A stretch of DNA of 64,000 nucleotides from Alphaproteobacteria bacterium. Its GTDB lineage: Bacteria > Pseudomonadota > Alphaproteobacteria > SHVV01. Below, piece by piece: positions 1 through 9,597 of the stretch. Position 1 is the stretch's first letter, and every line of letters begins with the position of its first letter. Both the position numbers and the translations under genes were made by a program. The notes under the pieces were generated by a model that was given only the letters and a program-made list of their open reading frames with translations, made no database searches and was not told where the DNA came from. Where the stretch lies: NCBI GenBank assembly GCA_965261735.1, contig OZ253470.1:352001-416000 (forward strand), written 5' to 3'.

Positions 1-574
1 AACCTCTAGCGGTCTCCGGATAACCAATCTCTCCGTCAAAGCAACTATTGTCCTTTAAAAGAGATTTATCCAATCCGATATCAAAATATTCATCACCTTC
101 ACTAAAACTGTCTTCTTCTGTAAACACTGAGAATGTTACTGCGCTCTGTCCGTAGTCGAATTCGGCGACTGCTGCATAAGAAGTGCCAGTAGTAAATTCG
201 CCTTCACCACCACCTGGAATCAACGGGATACTATAATCGGCCTCATAGGTCGCGCTACCACCAGGAATGATGTCAATTGGAATCCATAGCGTATTGCAAC
301 CGTCTGAGGAGTTATATGGTGTGTTTAACGTCAGGGTGAATACTGCGGCTTCACCCTCTTGCACTGATATAATTTGTCCCACTCCAAAGGACAGGCGTAG
401 ATGGTCATCAGCCTTCCCTTCCGACAGCCCATAGATGGAGCTCAGAACGATTGCGGCTGCCAATACCCCGGCCAAGCGCCACACGCGCGACCGTGAGCAT
501 CTCGTATTCTGGCAATATCTATTGGATGAGCTGCGCCGATACTCGGCTGCCCTAAACCGGGCGAAGTGGGCCAT
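1..574 (-). CDS. Secreted Calx-beta domain protein, N-terminal part (runs off the left edge)
   Basis: Absent from the ORF track; translated by hand. ATG at 574 follows a GGGAGG RBS. Hydrophobic signal-like stretch RLAGVLAAAIVLSSIYG, then SVQEGEAAVFTLTL...GSATYEADY...FDYGQSAVTFSVFTEEDSFSEGDEYFDIGL, a Calx-beta pattern. No stop before position 1. Confidence 0.8.
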   Translation of the reverse strand, partial: MAHFARFRAAEYRRSSSNRYCQNTRCSRSRVWRLAGVLAAAIVLSSIYGLSEGKADDHLRLSFGVGQIISVQEGEAAVFTLTLNTPYNSSDGCNTLWIPIDIIPGGSATYEADYSIPLIPGGGEGEFTTGTSYAAVAEFDYGQSAVTFSVFTEEDSFSEGDEYFDIGLDKSLLKDNSCFDGEIGYPETARG

Positions 575-869
575 ATTGAATGCCTCCCGGCTTTGATCGT
601 TGCCTCGCCTGTCAGTGCAGTCACCGCCTCTACCGCAGATGGACAAAGCCCACGCGGCAATGATCATTGGGGCTTTGGTGCATGGAGCCGCGATGGTGTG
701 ATCGCCCATTCCCCGGGCGCTCTTATCAATCCAGAAACGAATGTCGCCGCGCCGAACCAAACCACGGTCATAATCCGGCCAGTTCTATGACCCGGTACTT
801 GGCTCTGGGGAATATGGTCGCGACGCGATGCGTGGAACTTGAAAGGCATGACAAACTCTCAAAGACGGA

Positions 870-1896
870 CCTGCTTATCCGTGACACCCCGCTTGGGAAG
901 GCATATGTTCTTGGTACGTTCCTGACGAGGGAGGTCACGGATATGGGGTTCAAGGTTGCATCGCGGGTGCGCGGGTTGAGCGACGAGGCGTTTCGCGAAG
1001 CCTTCGGCGCTTAGGAGCAGTGCCGCTCGGCATTGTCCCGGCTGCGCTGGCCGGACGGCTTCGTCTGCCCCGCCTGCGGCCATCGCGGGCATTGTGTGCT
1101 GGCGGGCCGGAGCCTCCACCAATGCAACCGGTGCAAGAAGCAGACATCCTCCACGGCGGGCACGATCTTCCACGCCACCAAGCTGCCGCTGACGCTGTGG
1201 TTCGCGGCCGTCCACCTGATCGTAACGGCGAAGAACGGGATTTCCTCGGTCGAGCTGGGGCGCCGTCTCGGGGTCAAGCAGCCGACCGCCTGGACCATGA
1301 AGCACAAGATCATGGCGGTGATGGCGCGGCGCGAGGCAGACACGCCGCTGTCGGGGCGGGTGGAGATAGACGATGCTTACCTCGGCGGCGCGCGCGCCGG
1401 CGGCAAGCGGGGCCGTGGCGCGCCGGGCAAGACGCCCTTCGTGGCGGCGGTCTCCACCAGCCCCGAGGGCCGGCCGCGCAAGGTCAAGCTGGTCCCGGTC
1501 AAGGGCTTCCGCAAGCGCGAGATCGCGCGCGGCGCCAAGCGCTGGCTGGCCCCCGGAAGCGAGGTCCTCACCGACGGCCTGCGCTGCTGGAACGCGCTCG
1601 ACGGGGTCGTCGGAAGCCATCGCGCGATCCGCACCGGCTCCGGGCGGCAGGCCGCCCGCATGGCGCCCTTCAAATGGGTCAACACGACGCTCGGCAACAT
1701 CAAGAGCGCGATCACCGGAACCTACCGCAAGCTCGGCCCCGATCATGCCCAACGCTACCTCGCCAGCTTCGCCTCGCGATACAACCGGCGCTACCAGCTC
1801 AACACCATGATCCCGCGGTTCGTTCACAGCGCCGCACGAACCCAACCCATCCCATACCGAGCGCTCATCGCTGGATGACTTTCATGGATAAGCAGG
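870..1896 (+). mobile_element. IS1595-family (ISXO2-like) insertion sequence
   Basis: Imperfect TIRs CCTGCTTATCCGTGA (870-884) and TCATGGATAAGCAGG (1882-1896). 8-bp target duplication AAGACGGA at 862-869 and 1897-1904. Confidence 0.92.
943..1878 (+). pseudogene. IS1595 transposase with in-frame TAG at 1012-1014
   Basis: Zn-ribbon (CPACG...CNRC) and DDE motifs (EIDDAY, TDG, RYNRR). The ORFs ending at 1014 and starting at 1033 share one frame, separated by a single stop. Confidence 0.88.
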
Positions 1897-2055
1897 AAGA
1901 CGGAAGCGGAGCCAGATATACTAATCATCAGGTCCATGCACCAAAGCCCCTCCGAACCATTCTCCAAAACGCCTACAGCATCGTGGTCCAGACCACGGTT
2001 CAATAAGCATGGAGAGATGCGCAGTCGTTCGCAACCAAGAATTCTCAAGGTGTAG

Positions 2056-2070
2056 CTCAGTAATATTGAG
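2056..2070. promoter_or_regulatory. Putative LysR-type binding box CTCA-N7-TGAG (T-N11-A)
   Basis: CTCAGTAATATTGAG; same dyad as the boxes at 2313 and 3845. Confidence 0.5.
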
Positions 2071-2312
2071 GCATGTCCCAGCCCGAAACTTCTCGCCAAC
2101 CTGTGCCGCCCCTTAGAAACACGGCGGGCATTTGCAGCGGCACCGACGGCCGCAGCGACACTGCTCGCAGTCGCACCCACCTTATGCAGTCGCATGTGCG
2201 AGAGTACGGATCTCGTGCTGTCCTCGCCGGCGGGCCGCAATCCGGACCCGTTCCCCCACTCGATGCTGTTTCGGCCCGCGATTGACCGCGGCCCACGTTG
2301 CTTCTAGTCTGG

Positions 2313-2327
2313 CTCAGCATTATTGAG
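2313..2327. promoter_or_regulatory. Putative LysR autoregulatory box CTCA-N7-TGAG
   Basis: Dyad GGCTCAGCATTATTGAGCC about 23 bp upstream of the LysR start at 2351. Confidence 0.6.
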
Positions 2328-2350
2328 CCGGATACAGGAGCCTGGGATCC

Positions 2351-3241
2351 ATGAAAACCAAACGACTGCCCCCTCTGAATTCGCTCCAGGCATTCGAAGC
2401 TGCGGGGAGATATGAGAGCTTCCTGGAAGCGGCGACGGAACAGAGCGTTACGTCGGGCTCCGTTAGCAGACATGTGAGGCTGCTCGAGAGCTATCTGGAA
2501 ACCGAACTGTTTGTACGGCGAAGCAACGGGGTCACGCTCACCTCAGCAGGAAAGGAATACGCCGAAAAGGTCAGCGGCATTTTCAGAGATTTGAGAACCG
2601 CGACGGATCGTGTCCGCAAGCCCTCGCGCGACCGCGCGATCGTGATCTCGACGCTCCCGATATTCTCGGAACGCTGGCTCTACCGCCGCATTCCGTCATT
2701 CAGGAAGGCGTTCGATAAGGCGGAGCTGCGGGTCGAGTGTCACAACGGCGAGCCCGACGCGGATCGGGAAGACGTGGAAGCGTGGATTCTGTATTCGAAG
2801 GGACAGCATCCCGGTTACAGTGTCACGCGGCTGTTCGGAGAAGAGATTTTTCCCGTCTGCAGCCCGCAATTCCGCAAGACGCTGTCGACCCACCCCAGCG
2901 CCGACGAAGTCATCGGGCAACCGCTGTTGCACGACTTATACTGGGACACCGACTGGCCGGACTGGGCTTGTGCCATCGGTGCAACCGCCGGCGAATTTGC
3001 CGCCAACATGCGCTTTGCGCTTTACAAGGGCGTCATTCAGGCGGCGGTTGACGGCATGGGGATGGCCGTCGGACATGGCGAGATGGTCGCCAAGGAGCTG
3101 GCGACCGGAAAGCTTGTCCCCTTACCGCATCTCTCGGTTGTTTCCGAGAAATTCTATCACCTGATCATGAACGCTTCGTCAGCGAACAATCGAACCCTCG
3201 TCCGTTTGAAGGAATGGCTCCTGCAGGAAAGCGCAGGATGA
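2351..3241 (+). CDS. LysR-family transcriptional regulator (GcvA/TrpI-like)
   Basis: LPPLNSLQAFEAAGR N-terminal HTH, full substrate-binding domain, GGAG RBS. Confidence 0.95.
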   Translation: MKTKRLPPLNSLQAFEAAGRYESFLEAATEQSVTSGSVSRHVRLLESYLETELFVRRSNGVTLTSAGKEYAEKVSGIFRDLRTATDRVRKPSRDRAIVISTLPIFSERWLYRRIPSFRKAFDKAELRVECHNGEPDADREDVEAWILYSKGQHPGYSVTRLFGEEIFPVCSPQFRKTLSTHPSADEVIGQPLLHDLYWDTDWPDWACAIGATAGEFAANMRFALYKGVIQAAVDGMGMAVGHGEMVAKELATGKLVPLPHLSVVSEKFYHLIMNASSANNRTLVRLKEWLLQESAG

Positions 3242-3844
3242 AAGTTGTCGAACGGCTGACCATTCTCGAGGTCGCCAGCCCCGCGCTGAAAACCGTTGCA
3301 TCCCCGATCTTTCGGCCAGGGTGCGCCGATCGGCGCCGGACTACCGATTGAGCGTTCCTTACCGGTCGTTGCCAAGCGAGCAGGACAAACCGTCCCCTTC
3401 GGGCGGCACGGGATCGTCTTCCCTGCCGTAGCATCCGGGGCCACCGGCCGGTACCCGTCCGGAATTCGGTCGATGCGGCCATTCCCGTCGCGGCGGCGCG
3501 CGCCGGCCCTTGCCGCAACCGCATTGCCGGTGAGCCCCCCGGCACACTGCGAAGTCGCGCGGAAGCGATCGGACTGTGCACGCGCAACCCGCTGAAGACA
3601 GCCCCATCGCTTAGGCCAGGATCGTTCTCCGGCGTTCAACACGAGAGCTGCCCCGGCCGGCCGGCACCGCACGTCATCGCCCGGGCTCCCGGACGTCGAC
3701 CGAGCCGCCTCCATCGTCGCGCCGGCTTCGGTTTCCGGTGACCGGATGGCCGGCTCCCGGCTGTTTTGCCAGCAATTCCGGGCAATCCGGACGGACGTCA
3801 CCGCGGCCCGCGATTGACCGTGACCTGCAATAATTTTAGTCTGC

Positions 3845-3859
3845 CTCAACTTCTCTGAG
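3845..3859. promoter_or_regulatory. Putative LysR box CTCA-N7-TGAG
   Basis: Dyad GCCTCAACTTCTCTGAGGC about 22 bp upstream of the second LysR start. Confidence 0.6.
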
Positions 3860-3881
3860 GCTTCGCCAGTGCCGTAACTAC

Positions 3882-4175
3882 ATGTCCAATGAGCCGCTTC
3901 CGCCGCTGAACTCGCTCCACGCATTCGAAGCGGCGGGCAGACATGAGAGTTTCCTGTATGCGGCGGCTGAATTGCGGGTCTCACCCGGCGCCATCAGCAG
4001 ACATGTTCGGCAGCTAGAGCGATTTCTGGGAACCGAGCTGTTTGTCAGGCGAAGCAATGGAGTGACGCTCACCCCGGCCGGCAACCTCTACGCCCGGAAA
4101 GTGAGCCGCATCGTCAGAGACCTGAGAAGAGCGACGGCTGAAGTGCGCAAACCGGATACGGCCGTCGTACCCTGA
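3882..4175 (+). CDS. LysR HTH-only protein (truncated paralogue of 2351..3241)
   Basis: 97 aa closely matching the first ~90 aa of the upstream LysR; stops after the linker helix. Confidence 0.8.
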   Translation: MSNEPLPPLNSLHAFEAAGRHESFLYAAAELRVSPGAISRHVRQLERFLGTELFVRRSNGVTLTPAGNLYARKVSRIVRDLRRATAEVRKPDTAVVP

Positions 4176-4940
4176 TCCAGACCCCCGTACGAAATCTCTA
4201 TCACATTGAAATATAACAGTATGTTGAGACATTCCCTCAGGTTTCCCGTATTTCCAAAATCCTGTCGATCCCTGAGTGCTCTCGGCGTCGCTTGGCGGTT
4301 CCACACCGAAAACGCCCCCGTCGATCCCCCTGTCGTTCGAGACAACCGCAGTTAACGTTTCGGTCGCCGTGATCCAGTCCTGTGGCTGGCCAATGGACCG
4401 CGCCGCCGCCGTGCCATGTTCTCCATGCCGAGCCGCGCCCGCTCCTCGTCCAGGCCGGACCGACGACTCGCCGTCAGTCCAACCCAAGGGAGGAGCCGGA
4501 TGCCTTAACGGGCACGTCCGGATCTGCGCGGGGGGCACCGGGTAACCGGCGTCCCTACCGCGATAATTGCGTAGAGCAGCCTTCGATAATTTACCGAGAT
4601 TGCGCAGTGAACCCGGTTAACTTGACAAACTCCATCGTCCGCATATACGGCGTCGAGCAGGCGGCGGAGTGCCTCGACCTGATCAGTCGGGTGCATGGCG
4701 CGGCGCGGAAAGTGTTGTCAGCCGGCGAGACATCGCCAGCGGTGACGAAATCCCCGATCATGCGACAGGTTTGTCGATACTCAGGTTTGAACTTCCGAAT
4801 GCCTTCTCACCTGGTGTTGTAGCAGAACGAGCGGAAAGTGCTGCTGGGCCACCAAGGTACGGCTTGCGGTACGGGCCGGACCTTGATAGCCCTGTACAAA
4901 ATGGTGGTTTGTGTTCCCTTTTTGTTCTATAGTCAGGCGT

Positions 4941-5699
4941 ATGGCAGCGACTACGCAAATTGAATGGACCGATACGACGTGGAACCCGGTTACGGGTTGC
5001 ACCAAGGTTACGCGTGGATGTGACTTCTGTTACGCGGAGCGGTTTGCAGAACGATTTCGGAACGTGCCCGGGCATCCGTTCGAAAACGGTTTCGATCTCA
5101 CATTGAGGCCGGAACGTCTTCAGCAGCCGCTTAAATGGCGAACGTCCCGCCGCGTCTTCGTCAACTCCATGAGTGATCTCTTCCATAAGGAAGTGCCCTT
5201 GTCCTTCATCGACGCCGTGTTTGACACCATGGAGGCGGCTGACTGGCACACTTTCCAAGTTTTGACGAAACGCAGCTCGCTTATGGCGCGTTATCTTCGC
5301 AGACGGTATCGAGAAAGTTTAGCGCCGCCGCATATTTGGTTGGGTGTTTCCGTTGAGAATGCAAAGAACACGGTACGGCTGAATCATCTGAGGACGGCCA
5401 AAGCGTCGACCAAGTTCGTGTCCTTTGAGCCCTTATTGGGTCCAGTCGGCAGGATCGATCTGGTCGGAATTGCTTGGGCTATTGTTGGCGGCGAGAGTGG
5501 CCCGCGTGCGCGACCTATGTCTAAAGAGTGGGCGATTGAGATTCGCGATCAATGCTGCGCGTCCAAAGTTGCATTCTTCTTTAAGCAGTGGGGTGGAATT
5601 CGACCAAAGGCCGGTGGGCGTCATTTGCGAGGACGGGAATGGAATCAATATCCCCGCGTCTCCAAGATCCACCGAATTGAAGCAGTTGCAGTGAAATAG
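4941..5699 (+). CDS. DUF5131 / phage Gp37-Gp68 family three-Cys-motif protein
   Basis: IEWTDTTWNPVTGCTKVTRGCDFCYAE (Cx6Cx2C), VNSMSDLFH, LTKR, SFEPLLG, GGESG, FFFKQWGG. ATG at 4941 preferred over the 4911 start. Confidence 0.93.
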   Translation: MAATTQIEWTDTTWNPVTGCTKVTRGCDFCYAERFAERFRNVPGHPFENGFDLTLRPERLQQPLKWRTSRRVFVNSMSDLFHKEVPLSFIDAVFDTMEAADWHTFQVLTKRSSLMARYLRRRYRESLAPPHIWLGVSVENAKNTVRLNHLRTAKASTKFVSFEPLLGPVGRIDLVGIAWAIVGGESGPRARPMSKEWAIEIRDQCCASKVAFFFKQWGGIRPKAGGRHLRGREWNQYPRVSKIHRIEAVAVK

Positions 5700-5710
5700 C
5701 GAGTGAAAAC

Positions 5711-6880
5711 GTGACTGATCCATATTCTGGTCGCAAGGCAACCAAGGCAAAGCACTACATTCTTAAGAGTTACCTCCAGGCGCTCGCATTCAAAGTCCTC
5801 ACATTTCAAGTCATCACGTACGTCGATGGCTTTTCTGGTCCATGGAAGACTAAGACCGACGACTTCAGCGATTCATCTTTCATGATTGCAATCTCGGTCT
5901 TACTGGACGCCCAAAAACAGTACCTGGACCGAAGTGGTATTCGGCGACAGGTTCGTTGTTTTTTTTCGGAAAACGATCCCGACAGGTTTCAGAATCTTGA
6001 GAAGGCCGTCAAACCGTTTCACAGGCCAGCGGAAGGGTTCGAAATCAAGACTTACTTCGGCGATTTCGAAGATGCTGTCAGAGAAATTCAGGCGTTTATC
6101 GGTAGTTCATTTCCGTTGATTTTTATCGACCCTACAGGATGGACAGGTTATCCGTTCGACAAGATAAAGCCCCTCTTCGCGCGACCCAAGTGCGAGGTTC
6201 TTATCAATTTCATGTATGCGTTTGTTCATCGCTTTGTTCACAGCGAGGACGAAGACACTATTACTTCATTGAACCCGATTCTGGGAGGAGCCGGTTGGCG
6301 TAATCGCCTCGACCGGAGACTTGATCGCGGTCACGCGGTTGAGACGCTGTTTCGTGAGACGCTTAAGGCTATCGGCGATTTCGAGTTTGTAATTTCGACG
6401 AAAATCGACAAGGCCGCAACCGAACAGCCGCACTTTTTCATAGCTTACGGCACAAAGAGTTTGGAAGGGCTTAAGGCATTTCGACAAGCGGAATACGATT
6501 CGCTTCGCAAGCATGAGAAGAATCGCGCGAACGCTAAGGAGCGCTTACGCGAGGAACGAACGAATATGTCGGACTTATTCGCTGGTCACCAGTCGAGCAT
6601 AAAAGAAGCAACCATCGACGAAATCGTCGGAGAACAGATGAAGCTGGCATCGACTACCTTGATGGTAACTCTATCGACAACCCTAACGCTTCCATTCTCC
6701 AGTGTGTTGGTTGCGTTGCTTGAACCTTATATGTTGCGCGAGACGAACGTCAAAGACATTTGCGTCGCCCTTGCGAATGCCGGAAAGATCGAAAATACTT
6801 GGGGCAGCGGAACTCAAAAATCCCAAGATGACAGTATTATCAAATTGATGGCGCCTGTCGATAACACAATTTCTAAATAG
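5711..6880 (+). CDS. tcmP: Three-Cys-motif partner protein (TcmP family, predicted SAM-methyltransferase-like fold)
   Basis: TKAKHYILKSYL, YVDGFSGPW, FIDPTGW and EVLINFM motifs; starts 11 bp after DUF5131, the usual pairing. Confidence 0.88.
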   Translation: MTDPYSGRKATKAKHYILKSYLQALAFKVLTFQVITYVDGFSGPWKTKTDDFSDSSFMIAISVLLDAQKQYLDRSGIRRQVRCFFSENDPDRFQNLEKAVKPFHRPAEGFEIKTYFGDFEDAVREIQAFIGSSFPLIFIDPTGWTGYPFDKIKPLFARPKCEVLINFMYAFVHRFVHSEDEDTITSLNPILGGAGWRNRLDRRLDRGHAVETLFRETLKAIGDFEFVISTKIDKAATEQPHFFIAYGTKSLEGLKAFRQAEYDSLRKHEKNRANAKERLREERTNMSDLFAGHQSSIKEATIDEIVGEQMKLASTTLMVTLSTTLTLPFSSVLVALLEPYMLRETNVKDICVALANAGKIENTWGSGTQKSQDDSIIKLMAPVDNTISK

Positions 6881-7483
6881 CCTGAACCAATGGGCCGAGG
6901 AAGTTCTGAACCGCGCCGCGGAGTGTGGCGGGCCGGCTGAAGCGGGTTCGCGATGCTTTGGCTGCACCTTATGACGGTTTTGCTGGCGCTGGGACTCGGA
7001 ACGGCGAACCTCGCCCGAAGGCAGCGGGCCGGAAAACCCGAACTTCGAAAGGCCCGGCCTCTGGGGTCACGCGGTGCCTGCTTTCCGTCTTCTCTTCACG
7101 AGACCGATTCCGGACTCGGCCTCCGCGCGCGGCGTCGGTACCAGGGTTCGAAAGGATTGCTGGCACGCGGCCATGCCGGAGACTCGCATCGCAAGACGGG
7201 CCGCGCCGGGCGCAATCGGTCCCATGGTCTCCACTACCATCATCTGGTCTTCGCCCGTTCCGGGCGGAGTGGGCCAATCGATCGGGAGCAACCGTACGCC
7301 CCCTGCGCCTTGAGCACCTGGGGGGGACCCGTGCCCCGATCGTTGGCCGCGATGGATGCCCCGGGATTCGCATCACCATCGTGTCCCGTCCCCATGCGCC
7401 GAGTATCATCGCCCTGGCAAGGCAGCGGGCGGCGCTCGGTTTCCAGGGCAGCCCCTGCGACATGACGGAGACCGCAGAACGGT

Positions 7484-7993
7484 ATGCCCCAGGCGGCGCA
7501 ATCCAGAGTCTTCGTGGACGGCAACAACGTCATGGGCTCGCGGCCCGACGGCTGGTGGCGCGATCGGGCCGAGGCCGCGCGACGGCTCGTCGCCGAGATC
7601 ATTCCGCTGGCGCTCGGTCACGGTGGCGTATGGACGATTGTGTTCGATGGGAAGGAGCCGCCCCGCATGCCGCCGTCACCCGAGTGCATCATCGTGGTTC
7701 ACACTGGGCATGGCCGCCGGGATGGAGCAGATGATCGAATCGTGGAACTTGTGCACGAACGCTCGGATCGGGCGGCGTCGCTGGTCTACACCTCCGACGC
7801 GAAGCTGCGCACTCGGGTGAAGGCGCTCGGCACCCAGGTCATGGGGTGCGGCACGTTGCTGAGCCAGATCGCGACGCTGCGTGCCACCATGGAGCCAATT
7901 GGCACCGGACACTCGCACGACCCCGCCGAAGACGACGGACGTGACCATCACGTAAACGGAGACCTACCGACCACCCCCACCGCCGAAGGCTGA
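7484..7993 (+). CDS. NYN/YacP-like PIN-fold ribonuclease domain protein
   Basis: VFVDGNNVMGSRPDGWWRDR, VFDG, ADDRIV and TSD motifs carry the acidic PIN-type residues. Confidence 0.85.
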   Translation: MPQAAQSRVFVDGNNVMGSRPDGWWRDRAEAARRLVAEIIPLALGHGGVWTIVFDGKEPPRMPPSPECIIVVHTGHGRRDGADDRIVELVHERSDRAASLVYTSDAKLRTRVKALGTQVMGCGTLLSQIATLRATMEPIGTGHSHDPAEDDGRDHHVNGDLPTTPTAEG

Positions 7994-8114
7994 AATCGCG
8001 AGCGATTTTGATGAACGGGACAGAGAGGATCAAGGGCGCGTCTGTCGTGACACCATAGACCAACAATCCAGCAACGCATGTAGACCCCGATTGCGGGTCC
8101 GGGAACAGACCACA

Positions 8115-8816
8115 ATGACCAAAAAGGCGCAGGATAGTCACCCCGATACCAATGATCCCAATGCTCAATGGCGCACCGCGCGAACAGTGAATACCCCGAC
8201 AGCGAGATTGTATTCTGAATGGACACTTCTGGTTCACGATCTCGAATACACTTTGAGCAGGGCACGCTTATGGAAGGAAATGGCTACGGCTGATCCACTT
8301 AGTGACCCTGCCGCCGAAGTAACCGTTAGTCTTTTCAGGGATGCAGTAATCTCGTTTGTTTCGTGCTTCGACAAACAACTATTCGTTTATCTCAATCCTG
8401 CCGTAGCACTTGGGACGCTAGATGGTGGCTTGGAGTATTTCGGCTGGTTACGAGACATGCGGAATACATGGGTGGCGCATAGAAGCGGGCCACACCGTCT
8501 TTGCGTCACCGCAATACTCATTGACGAAAAATCGGGGGACATTCAAGGTTTGGGTCACTTGTCACACTTGTACCTTGGTCCTAAGCCAGAAGCAGCAGAT
8601 GACCTAATTCGTGTCATGGAGACAGCGTTGAACTATTCACGGCAAAAACAACGAGAGCATGAACTTCTTCTGCGCCACGACTTGGACAAGTTGGGTAAAC
8701 AAGAGCGACTGAACTTGCCTCGTGCAAACACCACGATTCCCGGGCCCACAGACATTCGAATGGGTCGAAAGAAGTTCGCCAACATCAAGCGTGGCCTGCC
8801 CCCGCGAAAGGGGTGA
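8115..8816 (+). CDS. Hypothetical protein with HEPN-like RxxxxxH motif
   Basis: Lower GC than flanks, largely helical-looking, MRNTWVAHR motif. Confidence 0.65.
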   Translation: MTKKAQDSHPDTNDPNAQWRTARTVNTPTARLYSEWTLLVHDLEYTLSRARLWKEMATADPLSDPAAEVTVSLFRDAVISFVSCFDKQLFVYLNPAVALGTLDGGLEYFGWLRDMRNTWVAHRSGPHRLCVTAILIDEKSGDIQGLGHLSHLYLGPKPEAADDLIRVMETALNYSRQKQREHELLLRHDLDKLGKQERLNLPRANTTIPGPTDIRMGRKKFANIKRGLPPRKG

Positions 8817-8997
8817 GCGGCAATCCCGCGGCAGGCCCAGGAAGGAGCGCCCGGCCGACTCGACTTCTGCGTTCGCCGTGGTCATCGACAGGAAATTGAC
8901 GGTTACGCAGGACGGCAAGTCCCGCGAGTGCACTCCTAAGTTATCATCCAGGCATGATCGCAATCACGGAATACATCGACCCTAACGCTCGCAGCCG

Positions 8998-9491
8998 CTA
9001 CGCCTCCTGAAAGTCACCGCTTGAGATGCCGCGCAGATAGAGCACCGGCAGAACCGCATCCAGCGACCGGGTGCGCCGTGCGAACGGCGGCAGGATGGCC
9101 GACGTGAAGCGGATGCGTGCGCTCGGGTCGACCGCGCCGCGATCGAGAAGCTTGGCCCGGCGCACCGGGACCGGACCGATCCCGGTCAGGATCTCGCGCT
9201 CCGGACCGTGACCATGCCGCACCAGGCGCCGCCGTCCATCTTCGGTACGAAGATGATCATGCGCGCTCAGCATGTCTGCGACTTCCGCCTCAACCGCCTG
9301 GGCCAAAAGCTGACGAGCGCCCGCGCGCAATAAATCCGTCAGCGGATCTGCAACATTCCCTGCCTGACGCAAGGCAACAACTGTATCGTCCAACATGGCG
9401 TATCACTCCTTTCCTGGAGATGTCGTGGGTTCATCACCACCACGATACGCCACCCCTTTCTCAAGCTGTCACCCACTTCCGGCCATAGCTC
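8998..9491 (-). mobile_element. IS256-family (type A) 5' remnant: left end and N-terminal transposase
   Basis: End GAGCTATGGCCGGAAGTGGGTGAC at 9491. ORF DPLTDLLRAGARQLL...RHGHGPER...LYLRGISSGDFQEA, then breaks off. Confidence 0.85.
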
Positions 9492-9597
9492 ATGGCGTCC
9501 CAGCCTGTTGTTAGGCGCCGGCGTTTGACCCCCCAGACCCTCGGAACGTCAATGAGTTAGCATGCCTATCGGCGTTGAACATCCACGCCGAACAACA

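Noticed and set aside
6925-7470. ORFs between TcmP and NYN as a third gene of the module
   Set aside because: Only a short hydrophobic start (MLWLHLMTVLLALG) looks coding; the rest appears degraded in all frames.
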